Below, piece by piece: positions 60,727 to 64,000 of a stretch of DNA of 64,000 nucleotides (the first letter of the stretch is position 1; the number at the start of each line of letters is the position of its first letter). The position numbers and the translations under genes are program-made. A model generated the notes under the pieces. The model was not told the DNA's origin. It did no database searches and saw nothing but the letters and a program-made list of their open reading frames with translations. Source of the stretch: Halioglobus sp. (GTDB lineage: Bacteria > Pseudomonadota > Gammaproteobacteria > Pseudomonadales > Halieaceae); NCBI GenBank assembly GCA_039990395.1, contig JBDXFZ010000144.1:37469-101468 (forward strand). The letters run 5' to 3'.

Positions 60727-62952
60727 CTATGCCTTTTCGTCCGCCTGGTAGTAGTCGCCATACTGATAATAGCGGTCCCCATAACGGGTACTGCTTGCTC
60801 GTTTGGCATTGAAGTGATTGAGTACGACACCAGCCAGCGGCTCATTTGATCCCAGTATGCTGGCAATACCCTTTTGCACAGCCGTGGCGGGCGTGGCGTC
60901 CGCTTTAACAACGTAGATAACTGCATCGGCGTAGGAAGATAAAATCAATGCGTCGCTCACCGCCTGCACCGGTGCTGAATCTATAACAATTCGATCGTAG
61001 CGCTCACGCAGCTCAGCTAATGCTTCTACAAATCGAGAAGAGCTGATCATCTCCAGTGGATTGGGGGGAATTATTCCCGCTGGCATTACATCAAGATGCA
61101 AGTCAGCCATGTGCTCAATACATTGCTCCAGCGGCGTTGTGCCTGCAACAAAGTGACTCAACCCATTGTGATTCGGCTCCAACTTACACTTTTGCGCCAG
61201 GCTGGGCCTACGCAAATCAGCACCTATTACCAGCGTTTTCTCCATCTGCCCCATCGCCGAGCCCAGGTTTAGGGCAATTGTAGATTTGCCCTCTCCGGGC
61301 ACGGTGCTGGTTACCACAATTATTTTTGCAGGGTTATTCAAACTACTGAGTATCACCCCGGTACGTATTGTACGGATCGATTCAGCGTAGATGCCCTGAG
61401 GCTTTTCCCAAAATTGCTCAAACTCCCCCCCAGCATCCAGCTCTTGCACGGGAACAAAACCAAGCAGTGGCGCGTTGAGCTTTTCGCTGACATCATCGGG
61501 CGACTTAATCGTGTTATCCAGCATATCCAGAAGAACCGCCACTGCGCAGCCGAGCATGATGCCCAGAATAAACGCCAGCGTAATACTTAGTCGCTTGTTG
61601 GGTTTAACAGGCCAGCTTGGCACCATGGCTCGGTCGACGATGCGCGCATGGGGTTTCTCAAAACCACCGGTCTCACTCACGCTCTTGATACGCGTAAAGA
61701 AAATGTCGTAAAGCTGCCGATTCGCTTCTACTTCTCGTTGCAATTCCTGCAGCCTGAACTCGGTTCGGTTGAAGTCCTGCATCTCACTCTTGCGGGCCTC
61801 CCAATCATCCTGCAGCTGCTGCTCGTTCCGCTGAGCAATTTCATACTCACGACTAATACCAGAAACCACTTTACGCACTTCCTGTGCCAAATCCGCATTA
61901 GCCTGCTTCAGATCAGATTCGGCGGCGATCATTCTGGGGTGTCGACCTCCATAACGTTTTCCCAGTTCTGCAACGCTTCGCTCAGCTGCAGACTGCTCGC
62001 GCTTGATGTCCCTAATCACCTGATGTTGAAGAACCGCCGGTATCGTGAGCAACTCTTCAATGCTCGCGTTGGCCAGCCCCTGCACTTCTTCCTTGATATT
62101 CTCCGCTTCTATTCGCGCGCGCTGAGCTTCTTGAAGTCGCTGAGACAGTATTTGCAACTCGCTACCACCCAAGCCTGTAACACCCTCTACGCTCACCAGA
62201 CCCTCTCGATCACGAAAGTCCTGCAGTGCCTGCTCGGAAGCACTGAGGTTCTGCGCCAGAATCGCCAATCGCTCGTCCAGCCAATCGGTTGCCTGCAACG
62301 TCCCCTCAAGCCGTGTTTCCAGATTGCTAGCGATAAACTCCTCTGCAATCACATTGACTATCTGCGCCGCAAGGCGAGGGTTGGTACTCTCGTAGCTTAG
62401 GTAAACAACGTAACTGTACTCCACAGGCGATATTTGCAATCCACCCGCAACCGCTCCGGTCAAACCCCGGATGGCCATTTCATCGCGCTCTTCCTGTGTG
62501 TATTGAACAGGCGGTTCTTGTTCACGCGCTGGAAGCAGCGCCTTAAGATCGATGGCATACCAGGACGGCTCTTCCGGCTCGTCGCCCTCCTCATCGGCGA
62601 AATGTGGGTGCTTATGTAACTGCAGCCTGCGTACCACTCGCTCTGCCAGACTGAGGCTTTTAAGTATTTCGTATTGTGTCTGGCTGTAATTATAGTCGTA
62701 TGTATCGTAGGTGTAGATTTCCTCAACATTTACCACATTGGCCTGCTGGCTCTCTAACACGATAGAAGCTGAAGCTGAATACACAGGCTCCATGGAGTAA
62801 ACGTACAGACCGCTCACGAGCGTGACTGCAAATGCAAAACCCAGGATTCCCCACTTGTGACGGAGCACTGCGCGCAAAAGCCGCCCAAGGTCGATAAAGT
62901 CATCGTCCATAGATTGGGGCACGGAATTGGCCTGATGCTCTGAAAGATTCAT
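60727..62952 (-). CDS. wzc: polysaccharide co-polymerase / tyrosine autokinase (Wzc-like)
   Basis: 741 aa. Wzz domain, long coiled coil, second TM and Walker A TSTVPGEGKST. The C-terminal Tyr cluster is YGDRYYQYGDYYQ. Confidence 0.85.
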   Translation of the reverse strand: MNLSEHQANSVPQSMDDDFIDLGRLLRAVLRHKWGILGFAFAVTLVSGLYVYSMEPVYSASASIVLESQQANVVNVEEIYTYDTYDYNYSQTQYEILKSLSLAERVVRRLQLHKHPHFADEEGDEPEEPSWYAIDLKALLPAREQEPPVQYTQEERDEMAIRGLTGAVAGGLQISPVEYSYVVYLSYESTNPRLAAQIVNVIAEEFIASNLETRLEGTLQATDWLDERLAILAQNLSASEQALQDFRDREGLVSVEGVTGLGGSELQILSQRLQEAQRARIEAENIKEEVQGLANASIEELLTIPAVLQHQVIRDIKREQSAAERSVAELGKRYGGRHPRMIAAESDLKQANADLAQEVRKVVSGISREYEIAQRNEQQLQDDWEARKSEMQDFNRTEFRLQELQREVEANRQLYDIFFTRIKSVSETGGFEKPHARIVDRAMVPSWPVKPNKRLSITLAFILGIMLGCAVAVLLDMLDNTIKSPDDVSEKLNAPLLGFVPVQELDAGGEFEQFWEKPQGIYAESIRTIRTGVILSSLNNPAKIIVVTSTVPGEGKSTIALNLGSAMGQMEKTLVIGADLRRPSLAQKCKLEPNHNGLSHFVAGTTPLEQCIEHMADLHLDVMPAGIIPPNPLEMISSSRFVEALAELRERYDRIVIDSAPVQAVSDALILSSYADAVIYVVKADATPATAVQKGIASILGSNEPLAGVVLNHFNAKRASSTRYGDRYYQYGDYYQADEKA

Positions 62953-63486
62953 TTAGAAGAAGGTGTCCCGCACGGTAATTATGTCACCAGGCTGTATGCG
63001 ATAGTCGAGACCCACCTCTTGCTCCTCACGCGACGGGTCTTTGTCGGCAATCAGCAAAAACTTCTTTTTGTTGGCTCGTTCGGTGAATCCACCAGCAAGT
63101 GAAATCGCTTTGCGCAGCGTAAGCCCTGGCTGAAAATCCAATCCGCCCGGCTTCTTGACCTCTCCGTTCACGAAAAAGGGCCGATACCTCACGATACTCA
63201 CCGATATACGAGGATCGATAAGATAATCTGGCTTTAGGCCGTCTATGAGGCTTTGCTGCAGCTGGGCGGAGGTTTTGCCGACGACTTTCAGCTCACCCAG
63301 AAACGGAAACGATATTCGCCCGTTTTGGCCGACCAACAAGGTATCGAAGGTGAGGTCAGGCTCGCCGTACACGTAAATGCGGATGGCGTCACCCGCATTG
63401 AGCGTATACCCCTCTTCCTGCGCAATGAGAACAGATGGATATAGTACTAAAAATAGGATTAACCAGCGTTTCACGGTAGTGAACAT
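62953..63486 (-). CDS. short polysaccharide export protein (Wza/GumB-like; Poly_export + SLBB)
   Basis: 177 aa with signal peptide. Contains YTLNAGDAIRIYVYGEPDL and YRIQPGDIITV. Its stop abuts the wzc start with no gap. Confidence 0.75.
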   Translation of the reverse strand: MFTTVKRWLILFLVLYPSVLIAQEEGYTLNAGDAIRIYVYGEPDLTFDTLLVGQNGRISFPFLGELKVVGKTSAQLQQSLIDGLKPDYLIDPRISVSIVRYRPFFVNGEVKKPGGLDFQPGLTLRKAISLAGGFTERANKKKFLLIADKDPSREEQEVGLDYRIQPGDIITVRDTFF

Positions 63487-63500
63487 CCAACCTCAGGTAT

Positions 63501-63962
63501 CTACTGCCAGCGCTTAAGTTTCTGCAGTTGGGGTTCAACCGCGTTATGCAACTCTTCACCGGGCTCATCTACAGCCTGATACTGTAACAATTTTGTCCAG
63601 CCCTGTCCGTAAGCTGGCCGGGTCAGCAAAGATGCATATTGGGCTGCTAAAGCCTGCCGTGAGTACTCGCGATAATCTTCATCAGAGTCCGCCCAAAAGC
63701 CCTCCCAAGCCAACTGGTTTGCTCTAACCGCAAGCAGTTTGGAGTTACGCGGGTTTCGCTGCAGCTGTTGCTCGAGGGATAAGGCAATACGTTGGCGCGT
63801 AAGCTGGGACGGATGATAACTGTCATCCCCCCAGAAACTAACCTCAGTATCCAGTTCGCTAAAACTAAGGTCGTCTTGTATCCCTTGCCACGCTTTGGCT
63901 GCCAACAGAAGCAGCACCAGGGTTATTGAGGACAAACGTGCCAGCAGGTTGTGCGAAGCCAC
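63501..63962 (-). CDS. hypothetical membrane-anchored/secreted protein
   Basis: 153 aa with apparent GTG start, an N-terminal hydrophobic segment and a helical remainder. Only position in the EPS locus supports it. Confidence 0.4.
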   Translation of the reverse strand: MASHNLLARLSSITLVLLLLAAKAWQGIQDDLSFSELDTEVSFWGDDSYHPSQLTRQRIALSLEQQLQRNPRNSKLLAVRANQLAWEGFWADSDEDYREYSRQALAAQYASLLTRPAYGQGWTKLLQYQAVDEPGEELHNAVEPQLQKLKRWQ

Positions 63963-64000
63963 AGTAGCGCTACAGGCTCATGTCCGCACGAAGAAAATAG

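Overview
This is a densely coding chromosomal segment of about 50 CDS and one tRNA. It looks gammaproteobacterial, with Pseudomonas/Cellvibrionales-like synteny (rnr-rlmB-rpsF-rpsR-membrane protein-rplI-dnaB, no priB). Housekeeping blocks: ribB'(partial)-ribE-ribD-nrdR, glyA, ettA, gdhA, radA, dnaB, ribosomal proteins, rnr and tRNA-Leu(CAG). Accessory content: an RND efflux pair, an Anbu (proteasome-like)/alpha-E/ATP-grasp cluster, a PqqD-like protein coupled to a molybdopterin oxidoreductase, LemA plus an M48 protease, a 7TMR-DISM diguanylate cyclase, and an exopolysaccharide locus (wecA-like gene with an in-frame stop, DUF218, MAPEG, Wzc, Wza). The standout is a ~16 kb minus-strand string of nine tightly packed or overlapping genes at 7494-23532. 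In transcription order it encodes: a FAD/NAD(P)H oxidoreductase fused to two cNMP-binding domains and four 4Fe-4S motifs; a His-rich polytopic membrane protein; a membrane-anchored decaheme cytochrome; a tandem GlcG/HbpS(DUF336) lipoprotein; a large outer-membrane beta-barrel; a 1250-aa decaheme cytochrome fused to an LVIVD beta-propeller; a pentaheme cytochrome; a PP2C phosphatase; and a dual-FHA protein. I read this as a candidate envelope-spanning electron conduit under cyclic-nucleotide and Ser/Thr-phosphorylation control, and I cannot match its architecture to a named system from memory. Directly upstream on the same strand, with gaps of 15-63 nt, lie gdhA, a 13x thrombospondin-type-3-repeat autotransporter and a Sel1/caspase-like lipoprotein that lacks the catalytic Cys. 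A membrane non-RD Ser/Thr kinase sits slightly further upstream. All calls come from reading the supplied translations and the DNA; no database search was possible.
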